DNA from: an uncultured Gemmatimonadaceae bacterium | GTDB lineage: Bacteria > Gemmatimonadota > Gemmatimonadetes > Gemmatimonadales > Gemmatimonadaceae | DNA length: 64,000 nucleotides | NCBI GenBank assembly: GCA_963822945.1 | Contig: CAWGJO010000025.1 | Coordinates: 1 to 64,000, forward strand | Direction: 5' to 3' | Shown here: positions 33,628-43,279 of the stretch, one piece after another | Numbering within the stretch: the stretch's first letter is position 1 | How the letters are laid out: each line of letters starts with the position of its first letter | The notes under the pieces: generated by a model | Told to the model about the DNA's origin: nothing | Seen by the model: the letters and a program-made list of their open reading frames with translations, nothing else | Databases searched by the model: none | Position numbers and translations under genes: made by a program

Positions 33628-34579
33628 CGAAGACGGTACGCACGTCGACGCCGGCGCCGAGCGCCAGCATGAGATCGATGCGCGCCTGTTGCGGCCGGCG
33701 GCTGCCGGCGAACAGCGCGCCGGCCTCGAACAGCCGCCGGCCGCCGCCGGGATAGCCGTAGGTGTGTCCCACCCGCCCGCGCAGGGCACGCGAGGTGATG
33801 ACCACCGGCTTGCCGTCGGCAATCCAGCGCTCGATGCCGTCGGCCATGAGAGGCGGCACGTTGCCCCGCCCCATGGCCGCCACCACCACGCCCGGTGCAG
33901 TGGCCCGCGAGGCATCGAGCAGGCGGGCGTCGGCGCCCTGCCACGCGTACACGATATCCACCGGTTGGGCCGGCGCATCGGGCGCCAGCGTGGGCAGCGC
34001 GGAGTGCGCGTTGCGCCGCACGATTACCCGGCCGTCGTCCACCACGCCCAAGGGGCCGAGCCCCGGACTCTCGAACGCGTCGGGCATGTGGGTGTGCACT
34101 TTGGTCACATCGAGCGCGCTGAAAATGCGGTCGCCCATCACCACCAGCACGCCGAGTCCGCGCGCATCGGCGCTGGCTGCCGTGATCACCGCCGCGCCGA
34201 GGTTCGCCGGCCCGTCCCAACCGAGGTCGCTGGACGTGCGCATCGCGCCCGTGAACACGATCGGCTTGTCCGTGGACAGCGAGCGCGCCATCAGGTACGC
34301 CGACTCCTCCAGCGAGTCGGTGCCGTGCGTGAGCACGATGCCGTCCACCTCGGGCCGCGCCAGGTGCGACGCGATGCGGGCGCGGAGCGACCACACCCGC
34401 TCGACCGTCATGTGCGGTCCGGGGAAGGCGCCGAAATCGTCCACCTCGAGTTCCGCGAATCGATCAATGCCCGGCGCGAGCGCCAGGATATCGCGGCCGG
34501 TGAGCGCCGGCACGGCGCCCCCGAGTTCGGGATCGTGGCGCATGCCGATCGTGCCGCCCGTGAAGATGAGAACGATCAT
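33620..34579 (-). CDS. L-asparaginase/glutaminase (class 1)
   Basis: FTGGTI, THGTDS, TGAMR, DGPANL. Confidence 0.9.
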   Translation of the reverse strand: MIVLIFTGGTIGMRHDPELGGAVPALTGRDILALAPGIDRFAELEVDDFGAFPGPHMTVERVWSLRARIASHLARPEVDGIVLTHGTDSLEESAYLMARSLSTDKPIVFTGAMRTSSDLGWDGPANLGAAVITAASADARGLGVLVVMGDRIFSALDVTKVHTHMPDAFESPGLGPLGVVDDGRVIVRRNAHSALPTLAPDAPAQPVDIVYAWQGADARLLDASRATAPGVVVAAMGRGNVPPLMADGIERWIADGKPVVITSRALRGRVGHTYGYPGGGRRLFEAGALFAGSRRPQQARIDLMLALGAGVDVRTVFDG

Positions 34580-35331
34580 CCGCAGAGCACGCTCCCGCCG
34601 TTCACGTTCACGATCTCGCCGGTGATGTGCCGGGCGAGCGGCGAACAGAGAAAGACAATGGGTCCGGCGATGTCCTTGGGGTCGGCCACCCGCCCCAGGG
34701 GGATCGTGGCGGCAATCCGCTCCCGCCCGCCGTCGGCGTAGGGAATCTCGCACATCTCGGTGTCCACCCACCCCGGGGCGACGCTGTTCACCGTGATGTC
34801 GCGCCGGGCCAACTCCGGCGCCAGCGACTTCACGAACGAGATCATCGCGCCCTTCGACGCGCCGTAGTCGGCATGGTAGGCCTCGCCGCGCTGCCCCGCC
34901 GTGCTCGCTACGAGCACGATGCGGCCGTGGTCGCGCAACACGCGGGCGGCGGCCCGCGACGTGTAGAACATCGCGTCCACGTTCTGCGTCATCGTGCGCC
35001 GCCAGCGCTCATCCGACAGCTGCGTCACGTCCTCGTCCTCCACCGGCCAGATCCCGGCGTTGCCGACGAAGAGGTCCAACGCGCCCAGTTCCCGGACCGC
35101 GGCGGCGACGAGTTCGTCCGCGCCTGCCGACGTCGCGATGTCCGACGCCACGGCCGCCGACCGCACGCCGAGCGCGCGCGCCTCGGCCGCCACGCGTTCG
35201 GCATCGTCGCGCCGCGCGCGGTATCCCAACACCACATCGGCGCCGCTCTCGGCGAGCATCAACACGGTGGCGGCGCCGATGCCACGCGAGCCGCCGGTGA
35301 CCAGCGCACTTTTGCCCGACAGATTGATCAC
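34576..35331 (-). CDS. SDR family oxidoreductase (FabG-like)
   Basis: TGGSRGIG, NAG, YGASK, VAPGWVDT. Confidence 0.9.
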   Translation of the reverse strand: MINLSGKSALVTGGSRGIGAATVLMLAESGADVVLGYRARRDDAERVAAEARALGVRSAAVASDIATSAGADELVAAAVRELGALDLFVGNAGIWPVEDEDVTQLSDERWRRTMTQNVDAMFYTSRAAARVLRDHGRIVLVASTAGQRGEAYHADYGASKGAMISFVKSLAPELARRDITVNSVAPGWVDTEMCEIPYADGGRERIAATIPLGRVADPKDIAGPIVFLCSPLARHITGEIVNVNGGSVLCG

Positions 35332-35903
35332 AGTTCCCGCTCCACCAGGTCGCAGATGATGTGTTCGATGCACAGGTGCAGTTCCTGTGCGCGATCGGTC
35401 CGGTCGGTGGGAATCACGACCGAGTGGTCGGCCAGCGCCTGGAGTTGGCCGCCATCGCGCGCCGAGAAGGCCAGCACGCGAACCCCCGCCGCCCGCGCCG
35501 CTTCGGCCGCGCGCAGCACGTTGGGCGAATTGCCGCTCGTGGAATGGATCACGAGCAGGTCGCCCGGCCGCGCCAGCGCTTCCACCTGGCGCGCGAACAC
35601 CTCGGCGAAACCGAGGTCGTTGCCCGCCGCGGTGAGCAGCGACGTATCGGTGGTGAGCGCAACCGCCGGGTAGGCCCGGCGGTTGCGCATGTAGCGCACC
35701 ACGTACTCGGTGGCCATGTGCTGGGCATCGGCCGCGCTGCCTCCGTTTCCGCAGAAGAAGAGCGTGCCCCCTCCGCGGACCGTCTCGCGCACGAGCCGCA
35801 GGGCGTCGTCGAGCTCGGCACCCATCGTCTCGGCCACGCGCGACGCCGTGGCCGCCAGCGCCCGAAGCGCTTCCGCGAATTCACCCTTCGCCTGTTGTGT
35901 CAC
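35328..35903 (-). CDS. gmhA: Phosphoheptose (sedoheptulose-7-P) isomerase
   Basis: CGNGGSAADAQH, STSGNSPN, QELH. Confidence 0.95.
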   Translation of the reverse strand: MTQQAKGEFAEALRALAATASRVAETMGAELDDALRLVRETVRGGGTLFFCGNGGSAADAQHMATEYVVRYMRNRRAYPAVALTTDTSLLTAAGNDLGFAEVFARQVEALARPGDLLVIHSTSGNSPNVLRAAEAARAAGVRVLAFSARDGGQLQALADHSVVIPTDRTDRAQELHLCIEHIICDLVEREL

Positions 35904-35927
35904 GCCACGCGCCTCCGCGCCGTGTGG

Positions 35928-36707
35928 TCAGCTGCGACTCGCGCGGCCCGATCCGCCGCGGCCGAGCACCATCTCTTTGAGCTGCGCCAGCATTCCCTGC
36001 TTCACCACGAGCGGCGGCACGTCCTGCAACGGCTCGTTGGCCAGCAGCCGCCGCGCATTGTCGCGCGTGAGCAGGCGGGTCTGCTCCTCGGTCCCGTGTT
36101 CCAGCAGCCAGTCGCGCACCGCCATCAGCGATCGCGAATCGCCGTGATTGTCGCTGGCAATGACGTCGGCGTATCCGCGGGCCAGCATCTCCCGCGCCAA
36201 CGCCGCCGATCGGTGGCTGCCCAGCAACGCGGCGCCGTCCATCTGGATCACCGCCCCCACACGGCGCCACTCTTCCACCTGCTCCACCGTGCAGCCGTGG
36301 TACCGCTCCGGGTGCGCGAGCACCGGAATGATCCCGCTGGTCCGCAGGCGGAACAGCTCGTCGGCCGCGTGCGGCGGGATCGACATCCGGGGAAACTCCA
36401 CCAACACCGCCTTCGACCCGCCGAGGCCGAGCTGCGGATGCCGCAGGTCCGACCCGGGCACGTCGAGCATGATTTCCCATCCGAGCTTCAGCTCGGGGCT
36501 CGCGGGGACGGCGGCCCGCAGATCGCCCAACAACTGGCGGTACTGGTTGTACGGAGCCCGCGCCGCGTCGGATGCCATGAGATGCGGCGTGCACACCAGC
36601 ACCTCGACCCCGCCCTCGGCGAATCGCTGCAGCACCGGCGCCGACACCTCGATCGACGGCGACCCGTCGTCCACCCCCGGCAGGAGATGCGAATGAATGT
36701 CGATCAC
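35928..36707 (-). CDS. CpsB/CapC-type PHP tyrosine-protein phosphatase
   Basis: IDIHSHLLPGVDDG, TPH, LAHPERY, ASDNH. Confidence 0.9.
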   Translation of the reverse strand: MIDIHSHLLPGVDDGSPSIEVSAPVLQRFAEGGVEVLVCTPHLMASDAARAPYNQYRQLLGDLRAAVPASPELKLGWEIMLDVPGSDLRHPQLGLGGSKAVLVEFPRMSIPPHAADELFRLRTSGIIPVLAHPERYHGCTVEQVEEWRRVGAVIQMDGAALLGSHRSAALAREMLARGYADVIASDNHGDSRSLMAVRDWLLEHGTEEQTRLLTRDNARRLLANEPLQDVPPLVVKQGMLAQLKEMVLGRGGSGRASRS

Positions 36708-36727
36708 CGCGAACCCCCGTGCCGGCG

Positions 36728-37066
36728 TCACGCGCCCTCCGCCGCGGCCGAGAACCGCGCGCCGATGGCCGCCACGCGTTCCATGACGGCCCCGGCCTCG
36801 GCATCGAGGTCCACCGCCGACTCCGCCGCATGCTCGAACGCGTACGTCACGAGCGCATCGGCGGCCAGCAGGTCGAGCGCGGTCTCGCGCCCCGTTTCCC
36901 GCGCCGCCAGCAGCGACGCGAGCAGCCCCTCGGCCGCCGCCTCGCACACCGCGTGCGTACGGGACGCGTCGTCCGACCACCGATCGCCGAGCGCCTGACG
37001 AATCCGCGCGGCCAGCGCCGACGGCGCCTCGGGCGTGCGCGACCCGAGCCACTCGCCGACCGTCAC
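36728..37066 (-). CDS. Hypothetical small helical protein
   Basis: 112 aa; start overlaps the alaS stop (GTGA); motif ALDLLAADALVTYAFE. Confidence 0.7.
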   Translation of the reverse strand: MTVGEWLGSRTPEAPSALAARIRQALGDRWSDDASRTHAVCEAAAEGLLASLLAARETGRETALDLLAADALVTYAFEHAAESAVDLDAEAGAVMERVAAIGARFSAAAEGA

Positions 37067-39870
37067 GTCCCCTTCCCGATCAACGTCCGGGCGATGTCCG
37101 GCGCCTGCCGGAGCGCGTCGTCCAGACGCGAGGCATCGGGGATGCCCGCCTGCGCCATGTGCGCCTTGCCCCCCCCGCGGCCACCGGCGAGCGCCGCCAA
37201 CTGCTTGACCAGCGCCCCGGCACTCATGCCGCGCTTCACCATGTCGTCGGTGACCACCGCGAGCATCGTCGTCTTGCCATCGCCCAGCGTAGCTGCCAGC
37301 ACGCCCACCCCCGATCCGAGCTGCTCCCGCAGCGCGTCGCCCAGGGTCTGCAGTTCCTTGAGGTCGGCCGCCGGGACCACGCGCCCCACGAAGCGGGCCC
37401 CACCACCGTTCAGCGCCTGCGCCTCGGCAATCCACTGCGCCATCTGGTCGCCGCCGCCGCGCAGCACCTCCTCCACCCGCTTCTCCAGCGCGCGCCGTTC
37501 GTCGAGCAACGCCTGCACGCGCTTCTCCACGCCGTCCGGTGTCACCCGCAGCAACTCGGCAACACGGCCGAGCGCCTCGGTGCCCTCGTGCAGCAGCACG
37601 TACGCCCCCGGCCCGGTCACCGCCTCGATGCGGCGCACGCCCGACGCCACACCGGTCTCGTGAACGATCTGGAACAGTCCGATCTCCGCCGTGTTGCGCA
37701 CGTGCGTGCCCCCACACAGCTCCATCGAGAATCCGGGCACCGTCACCACGCGCACCACGTCGCCGTACTTCTCTCCGAACAGCGCCATGGCGCCCGCCGC
37801 GCGCGCGTCGGGATACGGCATCTCGCGGGTCGAGACGGGGATGGCCTCCCAGATGCGCGCGTTCACGATCTCCTGGATCCTGGCCAGCCGCTCCGCGCTC
37901 ACCGGGCCGTGATGTGTGAAGTCGAATCGCAGACGGTCGGGCGCCACCAGCGATCCGGCCTGATGCACCGCGTCGCCCAGCACCTGGCGAAGCGCCGCGT
38001 GCAGCAGATGGGTAGCCGTGTGGTTCCGTTCGGTGTCCCTGCGGCGCAGCGACGGCACGCGGGCCGTCACGCGCCCGAAGGCGAACGTCCCCTCGATCCG
38101 CCCCACGGCGGCCGGACGGCCGTCCACCTTGCGCACGTCCTCCACGTCGACGCGCCACCCCGAACCGACGATCTCTCCGTGGTCGGAGATCTGCCCGCCG
38201 GACTCGGCGTAGAACGGCGTCTCGCGCAGCAGGAGCGCCACGCGTCCGTCGCCCAGTTGCCGCACCGCCGTCACCTGGGTCTCGATCTCCACCGTGTCGT
38301 ACCCGACGAACGCCACGTCGGTGGACTCGGCCCCGGGCGCCGTGGTCCATTCCGCGAGGTCGCCCAGCGCGTCGGCCTGCACGGCAATGTTCCGCGATTT
38401 GCGCTCCGCTTTCGACCGGTTTCGCTGCGCATCGAGCGCCGCGTTGAATCCGGCAATGTCCACCGTGTAGCCGCGCTCGCGCGCCATCAACTCGGTAAGA
38501 TCGATCGGGAACCCGAAGGTGTCGTACAACCGGAAGGCATCGTCACCACTGATCGTGCCGCGAATGGAATCGCCGAGATTCGTGCCGCGCTCCGGCGCCA
38601 TCTGCTCGAACCGGGCGAGCCCGCCCTCGATGGTCGAGAGGAACGATTCCTCCTCCACCTGCGTGGTCTTGAGCAGATGCGCCGAACGGGTCCGCAGTTC
38701 CGGATACGCGTCGCCCATCGTCTCGATCACGGCTTCCACCACACGCACCAGCGTCGGCTCGGTGCGGCCCAGCAGCCAGGCGTGGCGCACGGCGCGCCGG
38801 AGAATGCGGCGCAGCACGTATCCCCGGCCGTCGTTCGACGGGAATACGCCGTCGGCGAGCAGAAACGCCACGGCCCGCGCATGATCCGCGATCACGCGGA
38901 ACGACGCCGGGTCGACCATCACCGTGCGGCCGTGCACCGTCATCGTGCTGGGCGCGTGTTCCGAGCGCCCGCGGTAGGGGAGCCCCACCGTGTCCTCGAC
39001 GGCGCGAATCAGCGGCGCGAACAGGTCGGTATGGTAGTTGTTGGTCACGCCCTGCATGACGGCGGCGATGCGCTCCAGACCGGCCCCCGTGTCCACCGAC
39101 GGACGCGGCAGCGGCTCGAGCGTGCCGTCCGCCTGCCGGTCGAACTGCATGAAGACCAGGTTCCAGATCTCGAGGAAGCGCCCCGCTTCAGCTCCCTCGA
39201 CGAACGCGTCGGTGGAGAAGTCGTCGCGGTCGAGTTCCGTCCACTCCCCCGACGCATCGTCGGAAAAGCGCCAGTCGTCGGTCAGGTGCGCCAGATCGAC
39301 GTAGATCTCCGAGCACGGGCCGCACGGACCGGTGTCTGCCATCTGCCAGAAATTGTCCTTCTCGCCCAGGCCGTAGATGCGTGAGTCGGGGAGCCCCGCG
39401 ACGTCCTTCCAGATCTCGCGCGCCTCCGCGTCCTCCCGGAACACCGACACGCGCACATGAGCGGGGTCGATGCCCAGATTCCCCTGCTCGCGGGCACCGG
39501 TCACGAACTCCCAGCCGAAGCGGATCGCGTCGGCCTTGAAGTAGTCACCGAACGAGAAGTTGCCGAGCATCTCGAAGAAGGTGTGATGCCGCGCCGTGTG
39601 CCCCACCTGCTCCAGGTCGTTGTGCTTGCCGCCCGCCCGCACGCACTTCTGCGCCGTGGTCGCCCGGCGGCGGCCGTCCGGCGGATCCTCCATGCCGAGG
39701 AACACTTTCTTGAACTGGACCATCCCCGCGTTCGTGAACAGCAGGGTGGGATCGTCCGCCGGGACCAGGGACGAACTGGGACGGCGCACGTGTCCCTGGC
39801 GCTCGAAGTAGGCCAGGAACCGCTCGCGGATTTCCGCGGCGGAGAGGGTGGGGGTTTCGCGGTGAGGCAT
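37063..39870 (-). CDS. alaS: Alanine--tRNA ligase
   Basis: DPTLLFTNAGMVQFK, HHTFFEMLGNFSFGDYFK, NHTATHLLH, ELCGGTH. Confidence 0.98.
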   Translation of the reverse strand: MPHRETPTLSAAEIRERFLAYFERQGHVRRPSSSLVPADDPTLLFTNAGMVQFKKVFLGMEDPPDGRRRATTAQKCVRAGGKHNDLEQVGHTARHHTFFEMLGNFSFGDYFKADAIRFGWEFVTGAREQGNLGIDPAHVRVSVFREDAEAREIWKDVAGLPDSRIYGLGEKDNFWQMADTGPCGPCSEIYVDLAHLTDDWRFSDDASGEWTELDRDDFSTDAFVEGAEAGRFLEIWNLVFMQFDRQADGTLEPLPRPSVDTGAGLERIAAVMQGVTNNYHTDLFAPLIRAVEDTVGLPYRGRSEHAPSTMTVHGRTVMVDPASFRVIADHARAVAFLLADGVFPSNDGRGYVLRRILRRAVRHAWLLGRTEPTLVRVVEAVIETMGDAYPELRTRSAHLLKTTQVEEESFLSTIEGGLARFEQMAPERGTNLGDSIRGTISGDDAFRLYDTFGFPIDLTELMARERGYTVDIAGFNAALDAQRNRSKAERKSRNIAVQADALGDLAEWTTAPGAESTDVAFVGYDTVEIETQVTAVRQLGDGRVALLLRETPFYAESGGQISDHGEIVGSGWRVDVEDVRKVDGRPAAVGRIEGTFAFGRVTARVPSLRRRDTERNHTATHLLHAALRQVLGDAVHQAGSLVAPDRLRFDFTHHGPVSAERLARIQEIVNARIWEAIPVSTREMPYPDARAAGAMALFGEKYGDVVRVVTVPGFSMELCGGTHVRNTAEIGLFQIVHETGVASGVRRIEAVTGPGAYVLLHEGTEALGRVAELLRVTPDGVEKRVQALLDERRALEKRVEEVLRGGGDQMAQWIAEAQALNGGGARFVGRVVPAADLKELQTLGDALREQLGSGVGVLAATLGDGKTTMLAVVTDDMVKRGMSAGALVKQLAALAGGRGGGKAHMAQAGIPDASRLDDALRQAPDIARTLIGKGT

Positions 39871-39911
39871 ACGGTGGGGAATATATCACCCAGAAAGGGC
39901 GAAAACCCCAT

Positions 39912-40062
39912 TACGACGCAGGGCCGATACCACGCAGGGCCGATACCACGCAGGACCGATACGGCGCAGGGCCGATACCACGCAGGGCCGATACCACGCA
40001 GGGCCGATACCACGCAGGGCCGAAACCGCGCAGGGGCGATACGGCGCAGGGGCGATACGGCG
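39912..40062 (+). repeat. 16-bp minisatellite, ~9.5 copies (consensus TACCACGCAGGGCCGA)
   Basis: Head-to-tail units with variants TACGGC/TACGAC/AACCGC and GCAGGGGCGA. Confidence 0.92.
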
Positions 40063-40122
40063 GGGAATCGGAAGGGCTAGGGCCTGGAAACAGCGAGTTC
40101 GTTGGACGCCGCGCCGGGGGCG

Positions 40123-40761
40123 CTACCACTCCTCCTCGCCCAGGCGACTCAGCACGTCCCGGATCTCGTCGTTCTCGAACCCGCGGCGAGCGAGAAATCC
40201 GTACAGGCGGCGACGACGCGTCGCCTCGTCCAGCCGAGCCAGCGTACGCAGCTTCTTCCGGGCCAGGCGTTCCACCGTCTCGATCTCGTTCACCGCTTCC
40301 TCGGCGAACACCTCGGAGATCGCGGCATCGGCGATCGCGCGGTCCACCCCGCGGCGCGCGAGTTCCTGCTGCACGCGCCGACGCGACATGCCGCTCCCGA
40401 GCGCCTTGGTGCGCGCGAACTGCCGGGCGAAGTCGGCGTCGTCCAGATAACCCGCGCCCTCGAGCCGGTCGAGCACCCGGTCCACCTGCTCCACCGGCTC
40501 GCCCTTCCGCAGCAGGAGCCGCCGCAACTCGAGCCGCGAACGCGCACGCGCCGCCAGCAGCCCGGTGGCGCGGTCCCACGTCGCCAGCCGCGCGCACTCC
40601 GCCTCGAACGCCGGGCGCACCGGTTCGAATTCCTGCCCCACACGGAGCCCCAGGTTCGCGATCGCCTCGACCGAAACGGCGCCCACGCCGCGGCCGTCCA
40701 CCGCCACCTCGACCCGTCCGGCGCGCCGCGGGTGCGGGACCAGTGCCGTGATCAGCCCCAC
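40123..40761 (-). CDS. recX: Regulatory protein RecX
   Basis: RSRLELRRLL, GYLDDADFA, QELARRGV, FLARRGF; downstream of recA. Confidence 0.92.
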   Translation of the reverse strand: MGLITALVPHPRRAGRVEVAVDGRGVGAVSVEAIANLGLRVGQEFEPVRPAFEAECARLATWDRATGLLAARARSRLELRRLLLRKGEPVEQVDRVLDRLEGAGYLDDADFARQFARTKALGSGMSRRRVQQELARRGVDRAIADAAISEVFAEEAVNEIETVERLARKKLRTLARLDEATRRRRLYGFLARRGFENDEIRDVLSRLGEEEW

Positions 40762-40763
40762 GT

Positions 40764-40880
40764 GCCCTCCGGAAAGAAAGTGCCGGGGAGCCGCACTCTG
40801 TAACGTTGGGAGTTTCCGGGTCCCGTCGCTTCCAGACTACGTCTCCCCGGCACGATTCCTCCGCCGGACGATCCCAGGGC
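40764..40880 (-). terminator. Long imperfect hairpin between recA and recX (attenuator/terminator-like)
   Basis: Core stem 40780-40790 with 40843-40853, followed on the minus strand by UUUCUUU. Confidence 0.6.
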
Positions 40881-40882
40881 GC

Positions 40883-41932
<1,050 letters not shown>

Positions 41933-42042
41933 GATCGGCAAGTCCTTTGGTTGAGCGTGAACCCCTGGCCACGCGGGCTAATCGTAACCCGGCTGGCACC
42001 CCTCTCGTTACCCCGAACAAAATACGAAAGCCCTTCGGGGAA

Positions 42043-42417
42043 TCAAGGGACCACCCCAATGCTGAACGCATTCTCCACGTGCCGGACCCGCACCCGACGT
42101 CCCTCCACCAAGATACCCACGACGTCGAATCGGTACGACTCGTCGGACCGGCCATGACGTGAGATCCAACTTAAGGCTGAGCGCTCCAAATCGATGCGTT
42201 TCCGCCAGTTAACTGCTTCGATCGGATCGCCGAACCGCTCGCTGGATCGTGCCTTCACCTCCACGAAGGCCACCACCCCATCGCGCTCGACCACGAGATC
42301 GATGTCCCGGTGTCCGAACCGATATCGGCGGTGCACCACGCGCCAGCCCCGCCGGGCCAGCCACCGCTCCGCAATGCGCTCTCCGAGTTCTCCGAATGCC
42401 TGCGTCGCCGCTGACAT
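42043..42417 (-). CDS. YraN (UPF0102) family protein
   Basis: [26 protein letters not shown]. Confidence 0.9.
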   Translation of the reverse strand: MSAATQAFGELGERIAERWLARRGWRVVHRRYRFGHRDIDLVVERDGVVAFVEVKARSSERFGDPIEAVNWRKRIDLERSALSWISRHGRSDESYRFDVVGILVEGRRVRVRHVENAFSIGVVP

Positions 42418-42487
42418 GGGGCCAACCTACGGCCCGCGTTCCACGAATCATCACCGGAACGCGCGCGGTCGAACCGGAACTACGCGC

Positions 42488-43279
42488 TCAGTGCATGTCG
42501 ACGAGCTGCTGCTCGAATACCACGCCGGGCTGGTGCGGCAGTTCCTGCTGCGTCTGCACCACCACCGGATCGGACTCCGAGACCCAGTAATGGACGACGC
42601 CGTCGGCCGTGGTGAGCGAGATGACCCAGCAGTGGAACCGGCCGAGTGCGGTGTCGAGATCCTGCTCTCCATCCACCGACAGCGCCCCGGGAACGATGCG
42701 GCTGGCGCCCAGGTCCACCTCCAGCACCGACACCGAATCCACGCGCCCGACACTGTGCGGCATCAGCTGCAGCACCACTTCGGTCATCGACGCGCCGGCC
42801 AGCAGGTCGCGGCCGTGCGCGAGCACGATGTTCTGGTTGCCGGTGGGTCCGCTCGTGCCGCCGTACAACGAATCCGCCGTGAACTCGATCGCCATCCGCG
42901 ACCGTCCGCCCAGCACCGAGGTCCAGTGCAGGGGACGCAGATCCACGTAGGACATGTACAGCGAATCGGTGGACGGCACGCTTCCGGTCCGCGTTTCGGC
43001 GATCAGCCAGGCGGGAAAGGCTGCGTACGTGGCGTGCTCGATGTCCACGTCGCGGCTGCCCACCACGTGGGTGCTGTCGGGGTAGACCACGCGCATCTGG
43101 TAGGTGAGCTGCCGCGGGCGCAGCAGCAGCCCGTTCACCGGCAGGGTTCGGGGCGGCGCCTGGCCGGTATCGGCGGGCAGCGGACGGCTCGCCATGCTCG
43201 TATCCTGCGCGCCGGCCGGCCGTGGCGCCGCTGCCATCGCCATCGCCGCCATCACCAGCAACTGCCAGCGCGCCCTCAT
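42488..43279 (-). CDS. Hypothetical exported beta-rich protein
   Basis: Signal peptide ending AGA-Q; start overlaps the ftsK stop (ATGA). Confidence 0.7.
   Translation of the reverse strand: MRARWQLLVMAAMAMAAAPRPAGAQDTSMASRPLPADTGQAPPRTLPVNGLLLRPRQLTYQMRVVYPDSTHVVGSRDVDIEHATYAAFPAWLIAETRTGSVPSTDSLYMSYVDLRPLHWTSVLGGRSRMAIEFTADSLYGGTSGPTGNQNIVLAHGRDLLAGASMTEVVLQLMPHSVGRVDSVSVLEVDLGASRIVPGALSVDGEQDLDTALGRFHCWVISLTTADGVVHYWVSESDPVVVQTQQELPHQPGVVFEQQLVDMH

Noticed and set aside
39912..40062. CRISPR or other guide-RNA array
   Set aside because: Unit is only 16 bp, the variable part is 6 nt and recurs, and no cas or effector gene is nearby
39871..40122. T-box riboswitch for alaS (repeated UGGU on the mRNA strand)
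   Set aside because: No Stem I or T-box consensus and no terminator; the likely promoter lies downstream of the repeats
40762..40882. SRP (4.5S) or 6S RNA
   Set aside because: Lacks the SRP domain IV CAGG..GGAA..AGCA motif; too short and without a central bubble for 6S
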